Shown piece after piece: positions 31,688-41,217 of a stretch of 64,000 nt of DNA. Below the pieces are notes generated by a model. That model was not told the origin of the DNA and made no database searches. It saw only the letters and a program-made list of their open reading frames with translations. The DNA comes from an uncultured Spirochaetota bacterium (GTDB lineage Bacteria > Spirochaetota > Spirochaetia > SZUA-6 > Fen-1364), in assembly GCA_963734545.1 (NCBI GenBank), contig CAVTHO010000005.1, forward strand, positions 640,001-704,000, written 5' to 3'. Positions within the stretch are counted from its first letter, which is position 1, and each line of letters opens with the position of its first letter. The position numbers and the translations under genes are program-made.

Positions 31688-32173
31688 CTATTCCCTCTTC
31701 GTGAGCCGGTGGTCGAGCTGGAAGATCCCTGCCGAGTTGGGCGGGATCTTCTTGAGAAGATCGAGGATCTGCGAAGCGTTCTTCTCTTCCTCGACCTGCT
31801 CCGTGATAAACCACTGGATGAACACCTTGGTGGGATGGTCGTTCACCTTGTCCGCCTGGTCAGCGATGCCATTGATCAGAGCGGTGACCTTCTTTTCGTG
31901 CTCGAGGCTCTGCTCGAATATCGCCTGGGGTGAGGGGAAATCCGAAGGCGGCTGGGGGATTGCCTGCAGGACGATCTTCACGCCCCGGTCGATGAGGAAT
32001 TCGAACATCTTCTTGCCGTGCTCGGTCTCTTCCGCCGCCTGTTTGTACATCCAGTGGGCAAAACCCTCGAGGTTCTCCGACTCGAACCACGCCGCCATCG
32101 ACGTGTAGAGATACGCGGAATACCATTCGTTTTTTATCTGGTCCTGGATAAGCTTCTCGAGCTGTTTGTCCAT
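31688..32173 (-). CDS. ftnA: Non-heme ferritin
   Basis: NEWYSAYLY, EETEH, EHE, WFITEQVEEE ferroxidase motifs. Confidence 0.95.
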   Translation of the reverse strand: MDKQLEKLIQDQIKNEWYSAYLYTSMAAWFESENLEGFAHWMYKQAAEETEHGKKMFEFLIDRGVKIVLQAIPQPPSDFPSPQAIFEQSLEHEKKVTALINGIADQADKVNDHPTKVFIQWFITEQVEEEKNASQILDLLKKIPPNSAGIFQLDHRLTKRE

Positions 32174-32194
32174 GTGTGATCTCCTTTTGCTCTG

Positions 32195-32590
32195 CTAGGC
32201 GAGCGTCAGTGTCTGGGAGCTTTCCCATAAACCGTGAATATTGCAGTACGAAGATGCCATGATCGTGCCCGGCCTGTCCGTCCTGAACGAGCACACGACG
32301 CTGGGGTGGGCATAGACTGTGCTCGTGTCCGGACCGTCGGGCGACTCTCCATGGGCGGTGAAGTCGCAGCGTGCCACCTGGAACGGGAACTTCGCTCCCT
32401 CGGGCTGGAAATACACCTCGATCCACCGGATATGGTGCGGGGTGGTATTGGGGTGCGCAATCTCCTTGCCGACACTCACCGCGATCTGGACCAGCTCCCC
32501 TTTTTTCGTCATTGCCGGCGCCTCGATCACCGGTACATGCTTTTCCTTTTTCCAATCCGCAGCCTGGTAAAGATCCTTCATTCCGGACAT
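32195..32590 (-). CDS. sor: Superoxide reductase (1Fe, neelaredoxin type)
   Basis: EKHVP, HPNT..HHI.WI, YCNIHGLW. Confidence 0.93.
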   Translation of the reverse strand: MSGMKDLYQAADWKKEKHVPVIEAPAMTKKGELVQIAVSVGKEIAHPNTTPHHIRWIEVYFQPEGAKFPFQVARCDFTAHGESPDGPDTSTVYAHPSVVCSFRTDRPGTIMASSYCNIHGLWESSQTLTLA

Positions 32591-32614
32591 GATTTTTGCC
32601 TCCCGATTCTCAAT

Positions 32615-32845
32615 CTACTCGATGACCCCGACGACCTCGCTCACCTCGGGCACCTTCTGCTTCAGATGCTTCTCGATGCCCAGCTTCAACGTCTGCATGC
32701 CCATGGGGCAGCCCCTGCACGCGCCGGTGAGCCTGACCTTCACGACTCCGTCGTCAGACACGTCGACCAGCTCCACGTCACCCCCGTCTGCCTCGAGCGC
32801 CGGCTTGATCTCATCCAGCGCGATCTGCACCTGTTCTTTCAACAT
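32615..32845 (-). CDS. NifU C-terminal (Nfu) Fe-S carrier
   Basis: IKPALEADGGDVEL, GACRGCP. Confidence 0.92.
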   Translation of the reverse strand: MLKEQVQIALDEIKPALEADGGDVELVDVSDDGVVKVRLTGACRGCPMGMQTLKLGIEKHLKQKVPEVSEVVGVIE

Positions 32846-32953
32846 TTTTGAGCTCCTTTCCGGATCGGGCGCCGCGGCGTGGGGATTTTCGCGCCTGCAG
32901 GCGCGATATCAAAGTAGCGAAAAAGGCGCGCGAAGTAAAGCGGACCCGGGAAA

Positions 32954-33016
32954 ACCCGGGTCCAAGCCCAGGACTACCCGGGTCCAAGCCCGGGCGGCGC
33001 GGGTCGACGCCCAGCC
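32954..33016. repeat. 2-3 x 22-bp intergenic tandem repeat
   Basis: acccgggtccaagccc at 32954 and 32976, plus a degenerate third copy. Confidence 0.7.
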
Positions 33017-33065
33017 ACCGCGCGGGGGACACATCGGCGGTCTCCGATGCTGAGCAGCTGCTCAC

Positions 33066-33093
33066 TTGATCTCCCGTCTCCGGACACTATAAT
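33066..33093 (+). promoter_or_regulatory. Sigma70-type promoter of murA, probably leaderless
   Basis: TTGATC-N16-TATAAT, 6 nt before ATG 33100, no SD. Confidence 0.65.
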
Positions 33094-33099
33094 CACCGC

Positions 33100-34386
33100 A
33101 TGTATGAGTACGCAATAGAGGGCGGCTTTCCCCTGAAAGGAAAGACAAGGGCGAGCGGGAACAAGAACGCCGCGCTCCCCTGTCTTGCCGCCACGCTCCT
33201 CACCGACCAGCCCGTCGTCCTCTCCAATCTTCCCGAGATCGAGGACGTGCACGTGATGATCGAGATTCTCAAGGTGCTGGGCTCTTCCGTGGAAAAAATC
33301 GGCCACAACGAGTACCGCCTGCAGACACTGGACATCAAGAGGGAGGAGATCCCGCCGCATCTGTCCCAGAAGATCCGGGCTTCGGTCCTCTTTGCCGGGC
33401 CGATGCTGGCCCGCAAAGGCCGCGTGCTTCTGCCGCCCCCCGGCGGCGACGTGATCGGACGCAGGCCCCTGGACACGCACTTTCTCGCGCTCACGGAGCT
33501 GGGGACCCGGGTGGAGTCGGGGACATTCTTCGCACTTACCGCAAACAAGCTGAAAGGCGCGGCGATTTTCCTGGATGAGACGTCCGTCACCGCGACGGAG
33601 AACACCCTCATGGCCGCTGTGCGGGCGGAGGGAACCACCGTCATCGAAAACGCGGCCTCGGAGCCGCATGTGCAGGACCTCTGCCGGATGCTGGTCTCGA
33701 TGGGTGCGCGGATCGAGGGCATCGGTTCGAACATCCTCACGATCCAGGGCGTGACGAAGCTGTCGGGCGCCGCCTTCAGGATCGGCAGCGACTTCATGGA
33801 GGTGGGCTCCCTGATCGGGCTGGCGGCGGCCACCCGGGGGGAAGTCGAGATCGAGGACGCGGCGCCGCAGAACCTGCGCATGATGAGGCTCGGGCTGGCC
33901 AAGCTGGGCATCTCGTGGGAGACGTCCGGAACCACGATCCGCGTTCCCGCGCCCCAGAGCCTGAAGGTGGTGCCGACCATGGGCGGCCAGATCCCCAAGA
34001 TCGACGACGCTCCCTGGCCCGGCTTTCCGGCGGACCTCATCAGCATCGCCCTCGTGGTGGCCACGCAGGCGGAGGGCACCGTGCTGATCCACGAGAAGAT
34101 GTTCGAGTCGCGCATGTTCTACGTGGACAAGCTCATCGGCATGGGTGCGAAGATCATCCTCTGTGACCCGCACCGCGCCGTGGTGAGCGGACCGTCCCGC
34201 CTGGGCGGCTCGGAGCTCGTTTCCCCCGACGTGCGCGCGGGAATGGCCATGCTCATCGCGGCCATGTGCGCGCAGGGGCGGAGCACGATCCAGAATGTCT
34301 ACCAGATCGAGAGGGGCTATGAGAACCTCGTCCCGCGCCTGCAGTCACTCGGCGCCCGGATCACGCGGACGGGGGATTGCCCGTGA
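33100..34386 (+). CDS. murA: UDP-N-acetylglucosamine enolpyruvyl transferase (Asp-type)
   Basis: [48 protein letters not shown]. Confidence 0.96.
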   Translation: MYEYAIEGGFPLKGKTRASGNKNAALPCLAATLLTDQPVVLSNLPEIEDVHVMIEILKVLGSSVEKIGHNEYRLQTLDIKREEIPPHLSQKIRASVLFAGPMLARKGRVLLPPPGGDVIGRRPLDTHFLALTELGTRVESGTFFALTANKLKGAAIFLDETSVTATENTLMAAVRAEGTTVIENAASEPHVQDLCRMLVSMGARIEGIGSNILTIQGVTKLSGAAFRIGSDFMEVGSLIGLAAATRGEVEIEDAAPQNLRMMRLGLAKLGISWETSGTTIRVPAPQSLKVVPTMGGQIPKIDDAPWPGFPADLISIALVVATQAEGTVLIHEKMFESRMFYVDKLIGMGAKIILCDPHRAVVSGPSRLGGSELVSPDVRAGMAMLIAAMCAQGRSTIQNVYQIERGYENLVPRLQSLGARITRTGDCP

Positions 34387-35171
34387 AGATCCCCTTCTGG
34401 CACGTGGACGCGTTCACCGACGCCTTGTTCGGCGGCAACCCCGCCGGCGTATGCATCCTCGACGAGTGGCCGCCCACGGGCGTTCTGCAGAAGATCGCCG
34501 CGGAGAACAACTTCGCCGAGACGGCTTTCGCCGCGTGCCGCGGCGAGGTCTGCGACCTGCGGTGGTTCACCCCGGCCGTTGAGATGGACCTTTGCGGCCA
34601 CGCGACCCTTGCCGCCGCGTATGTGCTCTTCTCCTTCCGCGGCTGGCCCGGCGCTTCGATCCGGTTCAACACGCAGAGCGGGCCGCTGGTGGTCGCGCGA
34701 AGCGGTGACCTGCTGGTCATGGACTTTCCTTCCCGCCCCGCGCTTCCCTGCGAGCCGCCCACCGTCCTGCTGCGCGGGCTGGGAAAAGAGCCGGTCGAGG
34801 TGCGCGGCGCACGGGACTACCTTGCCGTGTACGCCGCGGAGGAGGACGTGCGCGCTCTCGCGCCCGATATGACCCTTCTCGGGCGCATCGACCGCATGGG
34901 GGTCATTGCCACGGCGCCGGCGCGCGATCCCCGGGACGCGGATTTCGTCTCCCGGTTCTTCGCCCCGAAGGTCGGCATTCCCGAGGACCCTGTCACGGGT
35001 TCATCGCACAGCACCCTCATTCCGTACTGGGCGCGCAGGCTCGGGAAGCAGGTCCTGCGCGCGCGCCAGGTCTCCGCGCGCGGCGGCGAGCTCTTCTGTG
35101 AGGACGCGGGAGACCGGGTGAAGATCGGCGGCCGTGCCGTCCTCTACCTTGCGGGAGAGATTCATGTGTAA
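34383..35171 (+). CDS. PhzF family isomerase
   Basis: VDAFT..GGNPA, AETAF, LCGHATL, EDPVTGS. Confidence 0.92.
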   Translation: MKIPFWHVDAFTDALFGGNPAGVCILDEWPPTGVLQKIAAENNFAETAFAACRGEVCDLRWFTPAVEMDLCGHATLAAAYVLFSFRGWPGASIRFNTQSGPLVVARSGDLLVMDFPSRPALPCEPPTVLLRGLGKEPVEVRGARDYLAVYAAEEDVRALAPDMTLLGRIDRMGVIATAPARDPRDADFVSRFFAPKVGIPEDPVTGSSHSTLIPYWARRLGKQVLRARQVSARGGELFCEDAGDRVKIGGRAVLYLAGEIHV

Positions 35172-35182
35172 ACCCGCCTGAA

Positions 35183-35211
35183 TTGCGGATGTCCCGATCT
35201 CGTGATACCAT
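35183..35211 (+). promoter_or_regulatory. Sigma70-type promoter
   Basis: TTGCGG-N17-TACCAT with TGn; SD GGAGG before 35253. Confidence 0.5.
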
Positions 35212-35252
35212 TGTAACGAAGTGTATGAACAACTAGTAAAGCGGAGGGTATC

Positions 35253-35843
35253 ATGAAAAAGAAGACATTGTTCGCGGTGATGGTTGTTCTGCTGCTCTGC
35301 GCCGGCGCCCTGAGCGTAGGCGCGCAGCTCAGGCTGGACATGAACCTGAATTTCCCGCTTTTCTATGGGGCATATGCAAGCGGGTATACGTCAAGCGGAT
35401 TCAACAGCTACTTCATTCCGTTTCCCGAGGTCCAGCTCGCATACCAGTTCGGCGAGGGCGCGCTTCACGGCGGAGTGGGGGTTCGGACTTTCACATTCAT
35501 CATCGAGAACATCCTGTATCCCGCGGCGTTCATCGAGTACTCGATCGATCCGGTTGTGCTGAGCCTCAATGTCGGCGGCCTCATGTTCCTGGAGTTCGGG
35601 CTCCTGAGCTCCGCATTGGCGTCGAACAACATCGCTACCCTGTCGGGATTCCACAGCGTGATTCTCCCCGATTTCAATATCGCCTACAAAGTCAATGACT
35701 GGTTCCGGTTCGGCGCCGGCGTGTTTGTCTTTGCCCCGTTCGACAATGCGCTCGGCGGGTATCTCAGCGGGTTCGCGTTTGCCGGCTATATCCAGGCCAA
35801 GTTCCTCATCGTTTTTAACTGGGCATTGCCGCACCGGACCTGA
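35253..35843 (+). CDS. Exported hypothetical protein, possible small outer-membrane beta-barrel
   Basis: Signal peptide; aromatic/Gly-rich amphipathic strands. Confidence 0.7.
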   Translation: MKKKTLFAVMVVLLLCAGALSVGAQLRLDMNLNFPLFYGAYASGYTSSGFNSYFIPFPEVQLAYQFGEGALHGGVGVRTFTFIIENILYPAAFIEYSIDPVVLSLNVGGLMFLEFGLLSSALASNNIATLSGFHSVILPDFNIAYKVNDWFRFGAGVFVFAPFDNALGGYLSGFAFAGYIQAKFLIVFNWALPHRT

Positions 35844-35870
35844 AGCCGGCCCTCGGGCCGGCTTCAGGTC
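35837..35870. terminator. Perfect 16-bp inverted repeat between convergent genes
   Basis: GACCTGAAGCCGGCCC-TC-GGGCCGGCTTCAGGTC. Confidence 0.75.
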
Positions 35871-36637
35871 TCAGAATCCCCGCTCCCGCCTTATCTCTTC
35901 GTAGGCTTCCTGGATTGCCTTGAATTTCTCCTCCGCCACCTTCACAAACTCCGGGCCCAGGTTCGCCACCTTGTCCGGGTGATTCTGAAGGGAGAGCTGC
36001 CGGTACGCGCTCTTGATCTGCTCCACGTCCGCCTCGGGGCTCAGGCCGAGTATCTTCCAGGCCCTTCCGGATTCCCGCAGGAACTCGGCGCGCACCTGGT
36101 GGAAGATCTGTTCTCCCAGCCCCAGGAGCGAGGTGATCCGGCGGATGAGGGCCTCTTCGGTCCCCGAGATGCCCCGCGCGTCCGCGCGCGCGATCTGGAA
36201 CAACAGCCGAAGGAGCAGCACCCTGCCCTCGAAGCGTGGACACCGCCGCGTAGTAGGCGCAGAGACCCTGGATATCGATCCGCGCCCTGTTGCGGTACAT
36301 CTCGTCAATGAGCCGCTGGATGACCTCCTGGTCCACGGCGGGGAAGCTGAAGTTCCGCCGGAAGAATTCCTTCATCGCTTCGATGTGGGAGACCTTCACG
36401 TTTCCGTCCGCGTCTGCGACGGAGATGGAAAGCCCGATGAGACAGGTGAGGAAGTTGACCTGGGCGCTGGACACCGGATCACCGCGCGGGATCCGCGAAC
36501 GGGAGGCAGCTCCGAGGAATTGCCGGTCTTCCGCCGCCCGGTCGAAAAGGTGCCCGATGAGGCCCCCGAAGAGGGTGCCGAACGGCCCCGCAATGGAGCC
36601 AATCAGGGCCCCGATGAGCTTTCCCGGCTATCGCCAC
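35871..36637 (-). CDS. djlA: DjlA-like co-chaperone (TM glycine zipper, TerB-like, J domain); multiple frameshifts
   Basis: N-terminal G(K)LIGALIG..GGLIGHLFD; ADADG, ARADA; KSAYRQLS..NHPDK..KFKAIQEAYE. Confidence 0.85.
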
Positions 36638-36754
36638 GACCGCTAACCCGCGCCGCGCGAAGCGCGGCTGTCCGTAGGGCGGCAGGCGCGCTTGCGCGCC
36701 GGGAGTCCCACGCGCGAAGACGATAGTTCTTTGCCTGCCATGCCCGACACGCTC

Positions 36755-38470
36755 CTACCGCGTCGATTGCCCGGCGAGCATGATGAGCGCGATCGCGAGC
36801 AGAATGACCTGAAGCGCAGCGAGAACGGCCAGCGCGGCAGAGAAGCCGAATGCAAGGACGGTGAAACCGATGATGACCCGATGCGCGTGCACGTACAGGA
36901 GCGAAAGGACGGAAAGCACGAGGGGCACCAGAGGCATCAGGATGACGGCGAATATCGACAGCCTTCCGAAATAGCGCGCCCGGAACGCCCAGCCCAGGGA
37001 AAGGGCGAAGATGGACAGGATGAGGAAGACGCACGGCATCAGCATCTTCATTCCCATGTCCACGCTCAGCGCCTCCCGGGACAACCCGAAAGAGGCCAGA
37101 TCAGCGCGCATCCGCCACAGCTCCGCAAGACCCAGCACGGCGAGCGCGTCACGCCCAAGGGACAGGGAGCGAAGCTGCTCCACCGTGGGCCGCAGGGCGA
37201 GCACGTTCATCTCGGCAGGCGCGCGGGTTCCCTGCGCATAGCGGGGAAGGAACCGAAGCCGGCTGTCCGTCCTGTCCACGCAGTTCATCAGGATCGAGTC
37301 CCCCTCCCTTCTGCCGTACGGGGCGCCGAAGTGCCACATCACCGCGCCCGCTGCGTCATAACGAACAGCTTCGATGTCGAAGAAGTACGCGTCCCCCAGC
37401 GACTGCTCCACCATCTTGCCGATATAGACGGCCTCCGTGGCGTCCTTTTCCTTCACGTTGAGGAAGAGGATGTTCTGCGTTCCCGGCAGGGTTTCCATCT
37501 TGCGCGCGTCGTCGAGGAAGAAGGTGGTCTGCGCCACCTTCTCGCTGGCAATCGCGAGGTACGTGGCGATGTCCGAGTCCCGGGGATTCTCCTTGCTGAG
37601 CTGGAGAAAGCGGTAGTAGGCGGGAACGACGTTGCCGCCGAGCAGCATCGTGTATGCCGCTTTCTTCTGCCGGAAAAGCTCCGCGTTCTTCGCGTCCTTT
37701 TCAGCCTCGAGGACGAGGTCCAGTTTTTCCGAGGCCTGCGCGGCGAGGCGGATTGCGTCCGCGCGGCGGGGGTCCAGGGCCGAGGCTGCCTGCGCATAGT
37801 AGTGGGCGGAGAACCAGTCCCGGCGCTCGAAATAGAACCTGGCCTTTTCCACGAGCGCCTGGGCGCTCGTATCCGGCGACGTCGCGGCAAGGCCCGCCAC
37901 CTTCGGACCCGGGACCGAGGGGGACTGCCGCACCGCCCGGGCCACCAGCTCGAGCCGCTGATCTGCGGCCTCCTTGTTGGACGGATCGATTGCCAGGTAG
38001 CGGTCCACCGCGTCGAGGCCGGCCCGGAAGTCCCCCTTTTTCACCTCGGCGTCGGCCTGACCCATGTATTGCCGGGCGAGGCTGCTGCGGTACTGCATGT
38101 CGGAGAGTCCCCGTCGCGCGCCCGGATACAGCCCTTCGTAGAGCACGGTATATCCGGCGGTGAGCACCAGGAACGTCACCAGCGTGGAGGAAACCAGCTT
38201 GTTGAACGGCTCGGGGGCGGCGCCGGGCGCGCGACGGGCCTGCGTGACGCCGGCCAGGGAGGCGCCCACGGCAACAGCCGCCGCGTGCACGGGGATCAGG
38301 TAGTCCATGAAGAGCACGAATCCCCGCTTCAGCGCGAACTCCCAGCGCATCGAGGGCAGGAACTGGGTTGCGGAGAACGTGAGAAGCGCATACGAGAAGA
38401 AGGCGAGGAGGCTCAGGGCGTAGAAGGCAAACAGAAAGGAAGCGATGCGGCCGAGGAGCGACCTGTTCAT
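36755..38470 (-). CDS. Multipass membrane protein with a large periplasmic TPR-like/beta region; LptF/G-like topology
   Basis: 3 N-terminal TM, ~330-aa soluble region, 3-4 C-terminal TM; LGLAELW and KMLMPCVFLILSIFALSLG. Confidence 0.75.
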   Translation of the reverse strand: MNRSLLGRIASFLFAFYALSLLAFFSYALLTFSATQFLPSMRWEFALKRGFVLFMDYLIPVHAAAVAVGASLAGVTQARRAPGAAPEPFNKLVSSTLVTFLVLTAGYTVLYEGLYPGARRGLSDMQYRSSLARQYMGQADAEVKKGDFRAGLDAVDRYLAIDPSNKEAADQRLELVARAVRQSPSVPGPKVAGLAATSPDTSAQALVEKARFYFERRDWFSAHYYAQAASALDPRRADAIRLAAQASEKLDLVLEAEKDAKNAELFRQKKAAYTMLLGGNVVPAYYRFLQLSKENPRDSDIATYLAIASEKVAQTTFFLDDARKMETLPGTQNILFLNVKEKDATEAVYIGKMVEQSLGDAYFFDIEAVRYDAAGAVMWHFGAPYGRREGDSILMNCVDRTDSRLRFLPRYAQGTRAPAEMNVLALRPTVEQLRSLSLGRDALAVLGLAELWRMRADLASFGLSREALSVDMGMKMLMPCVFLILSIFALSLGWAFRARYFGRLSIFAVILMPLVPLVLSVLSLLYVHAHRVIIGFTVLAFGFSAALAVLAALQVILLAIALIMLAGQSTR

Positions 38471-39492
38471 ACTGCTTCCCTCTTTGTCCAGCGGTCCGGG
38501 GGGATGAAGAGGATGTCCACGAGGACCAGGATGACGCCCAATGTGGCCAGCGCGGCTGAGGGGAACAACCGCACGAGGAACGCATCCGTGACCGCTGCCG
38601 CCACCTGCGGCGCGATGGTGGTGGCCAGCAGGTGATAGAGGGAGAAGTAGCCGCGCACGGCGATGACAAGAAGCATGATGTTCGCCAGCGGCCAGCGGGT
38701 GAGCCGGAGAAGCGCAAGGGACGCGGCGCAGAGGAAGAGAAGAGCCAGGCAGGCGGCGAAGAACTCGCCCAGCGCGCCGTCACGCAGCTTCTCGAAGTCC
38801 GCCGTGAGCGTGTGGATGTCCCGGAGGAACAGGTCCGTGAACCTGTCAGCGGCAAAGACGCCGGTCCACGAAAGGGCAGGGCTGCCGGAAAGCGTGATCT
38901 GCGGCCCGCGAGTGGCCACGGTCAGCACGCCTGCCCGGGTGGAAGCGCTGCCCGCGGGATAGACGGACAGCCGATTCTCCGCCCGTGCCGGATCGTACAC
39001 CAGTATCCCCTGGAGAGTGCCGTCGGTGAGCGCGCGCGCGGAAAGCACGGAGTCTCCCATCCTGATGAAGGTGGAAGGCTGGATGTACTGGCGCGGCACC
39101 TCCACCGGGCTCTGGGATTTCGCGCTCAGCGTGCGAATCCAGATCATGCCGTTCACGAGCGCGGCGTAGCTCACGACGAGCACGATCACCAGCCCGAGAA
39201 AACGGGAGAAAGGCTTTCTGGCCATGCGCAGACCCAGGAGCACGATGGAGAGAACGACGGAAGGTATGAGCGTTTCGGAGATGCTGCGGGGGAATCCCTG
39301 CACGACGTAGGCGAAGCTGAAGGCGCGGGTTGCCGAGTCATACATGCCCCAGGTGTACAGGACGTTCAAGGCGGAGAGGATGAGGGTGGCGCACAGGAGC
39401 ATGAACAGGAAAATGAACGGCGCTTTCAGGGGCTCTTTCACTGGCGCTGATCGTACCACGGGACGCAGGGCTTGAAAAGCATGGTCACTCAT
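38467..39492 (-). CDS. Six-TM membrane protein with a central beta-rich domain; LptF/G-like topology
   Basis: 3 TM + ~120 aa (TLQGILVYD..) + 3 TM; ATGA overlap with the next gene. Confidence 0.75.
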   Translation of the reverse strand: MSDHAFQALRPVVRSAPVKEPLKAPFIFLFMLLCATLILSALNVLYTWGMYDSATRAFSFAYVVQGFPRSISETLIPSVVLSIVLLGLRMARKPFSRFLGLVIVLVVSYAALVNGMIWIRTLSAKSQSPVEVPRQYIQPSTFIRMGDSVLSARALTDGTLQGILVYDPARAENRLSVYPAGSASTRAGVLTVATRGPQITLSGSPALSWTGVFAADRFTDLFLRDIHTLTADFEKLRDGALGEFFAACLALLFLCAASLALLRLTRWPLANIMLLVIAVRGYFSLYHLLATTIAPQVAAAVTDAFLVRLFPSAALATLGVILVLVDILFIPPDRWTKREAV

Positions 39493-39498
39493 GGCCCA

Positions 39499-40131
39499 TC
39501 ACGGAACCATGTACCCCTGGCCGCGCACGCACACGATGAACCGGCCCGCCTCGCGCACCGCGCAGCGCATCTTCTTCCGAAGCGCGACGATGTGCACGTC
39601 CACGGCCCGGCTGGTGGTTGACGGGGGCGCGTCGGCAATGGAATATGCCAGGGCCTCGCGGGGCACCGGGCGCCCCCGGTTGCGCAAAAGCGCCCGGAGA
39701 ATGCGCGATTCATGGAGAGTGAGGGCCGCGAGCCCGCCGGGAGTGCGCAGGTCCTTGCCTTCAAAGGAAACCTCGCCCCAGGGAAAGCGGTAGCGTCTCT
39801 CCGCGCGTGCAAGCGCGGCGTGCGCGCGAAGACCCAGCTCCTCGGGTGACCACGGCTCCTTCAGGAAATCGTCACAGCCGGCAAGAAACGCGGTCCGCAT
39901 GAGCTCCGCGGGTCCCCACGCGATCACCGGAACGCCGCGGCCGGGCAGCCCCTGCGCTTCCGCGGCAGGCACGACGTAGAGCTCGGCCTCGTCCGCCGGT
40001 ATCGGCTCATCTGTGGTCAGGAAATGAAACGGGCCTCTCCGCAGAGAAGCCCGGATACGCTCGCACACGACGGGATCGCAGCCGACGATATTGATCGTCC
40101 GCTCTTTCTCACTTCTTGTCTTTGTCTTCAA
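39499..40131 (-). CDS. OmpR-type winged-helix regulator with a degenerate receiver; start uncertain
   Basis: GCDDFLKEPW, LTLHESRIL, SRAVDVHIVALRKK, VRGQGY; no acidic pocket or phospho-Asp. Confidence 0.85.
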   Translation of the reverse strand: MKTKTRSEKERTINIVGCDPVVCERIRASLRRGPFHFLTTDEPIPADEAELYVVPAAEAQGLPGRGVPVIAWGPAELMRTAFLAGCDDFLKEPWSPEELGLRAHAALARAERRYRFPWGEVSFEGKDLRTPGGLAALTLHESRILRALLRNRGRPVPREALAYSIADAPPSTTSRAVDVHIVALRKKMRCAVREAGRFIVCVRGQGYMVP

Positions 40132-40804
40132 TCTGGCCCATCTTGGCCTTGAGATCCTCCAGGAGCTTGTCGGAGCTCTGATCGGACGACTCCAGCTCCT
40201 TGAACTTGTCTTCCAGCTTCTGATCAGCGGTCACTGCGCCTATCTCTTTCAAGGCCTCCGCTTCCGCTTCGACCTGGTCCACTTTCTGCGCCATGCGGTC
40301 GAACGTATCGAAGGAGGAATTGGCGGACAGCGACCCCATGGTCTGCTGGATCTGCTTCTGCGCCTCCGCCCTCTTGGCGCGGGCGACGAGAAGGTTCTTC
40401 TTCCGGCTGGCCTCCTCGATCTTGGCCTGGAGCTGCCGCAGGGCGTCCTTCAGCTGTTCGACGGCGGCGTGCTGACTGTCGAACTCCTTCTGGAAAGACG
40501 CCGCGTAGCCGTCATATTCCTGCTTGCGGACGAGCGCTTCCTTTGCAAGGTCATCCTTGCCCGCCTTCACGGCGAGCATGGCCTTCTTTTCCCAATCCTC
40601 TCCCTGCGTCTTGTTCTCCAGCGCCTGCCGCTCGAGCTTTTTCTCGTCCGCAATGGCCATGGCCACCTGTTTCTTGGCCTCGAGAAGCTGCTCGTTCATG
40701 TCCATGATGAGCTGGTTGAGCATCTTCTCGGGATCTTCGGCCTTGCTGATGAGGGCGTTGATGTTTGCTTTGAGGACCGTGCGTATTCGATCAAGGATCC
40801 CCAT
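40109..40804 (-). CDS. pspA: PspA/IM30 (ESCRT-III-like) protein
   Basis: MGILDRIRTVLKANINALISKAEDPEKML; coiled coil; FDRMAQKV. Confidence 0.95.
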   Translation of the reverse strand: MGILDRIRTVLKANINALISKAEDPEKMLNQLIMDMNEQLLEAKKQVAMAIADEKKLERQALENKTQGEDWEKKAMLAVKAGKDDLAKEALVRKQEYDGYAASFQKEFDSQHAAVEQLKDALRQLQAKIEEASRKKNLLVARAKRAEAQKQIQQTMGSLSANSSFDTFDRMAQKVDQVEAEAEALKEIGAVTADQKLEDKFKELESSDQSSDKLLEDLKAKMGQIEDKDKK

Positions 40805-40816
40805 GGGTTCCTCCTG

Positions 40817-41207
40817 CTATGCCTTGACTCGGTACTTCGAGAGGGGCCGATAGTGCTGGGCAAGGGCGAGCCCGATGGCGTCGATCGATGCCTCGAACTC
40901 TTCCAGGTCCATGGACTCTGCTTCCAGCGTGTCGATGATGACGATATTCTTTCCGTCCACGGCGTACGCCCCGTGCACCATGTCCGTGGCGTTGAGCCGC
41001 AGCAGCTCCTCGAAGAGTTTTTCCTTGCCCTTGGCGGGGATCTCCATGACGTGGATCCGCATGATGACCAGCGGCTCGGTAAGGACGATCAGGAGGTTTT
41101 CCAGGCCCTTCTGCGTGTCCCGGATCACCCATGTGTTGGGAGCCGGCGGCCTGGAAAGAGAGGGTGAGCTTGACGAGGTAGCTTTCGATCTTCTCCTGCA
41201 GGCTCAT
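40817..41207 (-). CDS. YbjN/CesT-type chaperone-fold protein; frameshift near 41145
   Basis: MSLQEKIESYL.. joined to LFEELLRLNATDMVHGAYAV..DLEEFEASIDAI. Confidence 0.75.
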
Positions 41208-41217
41208 CCGGCGTCCC

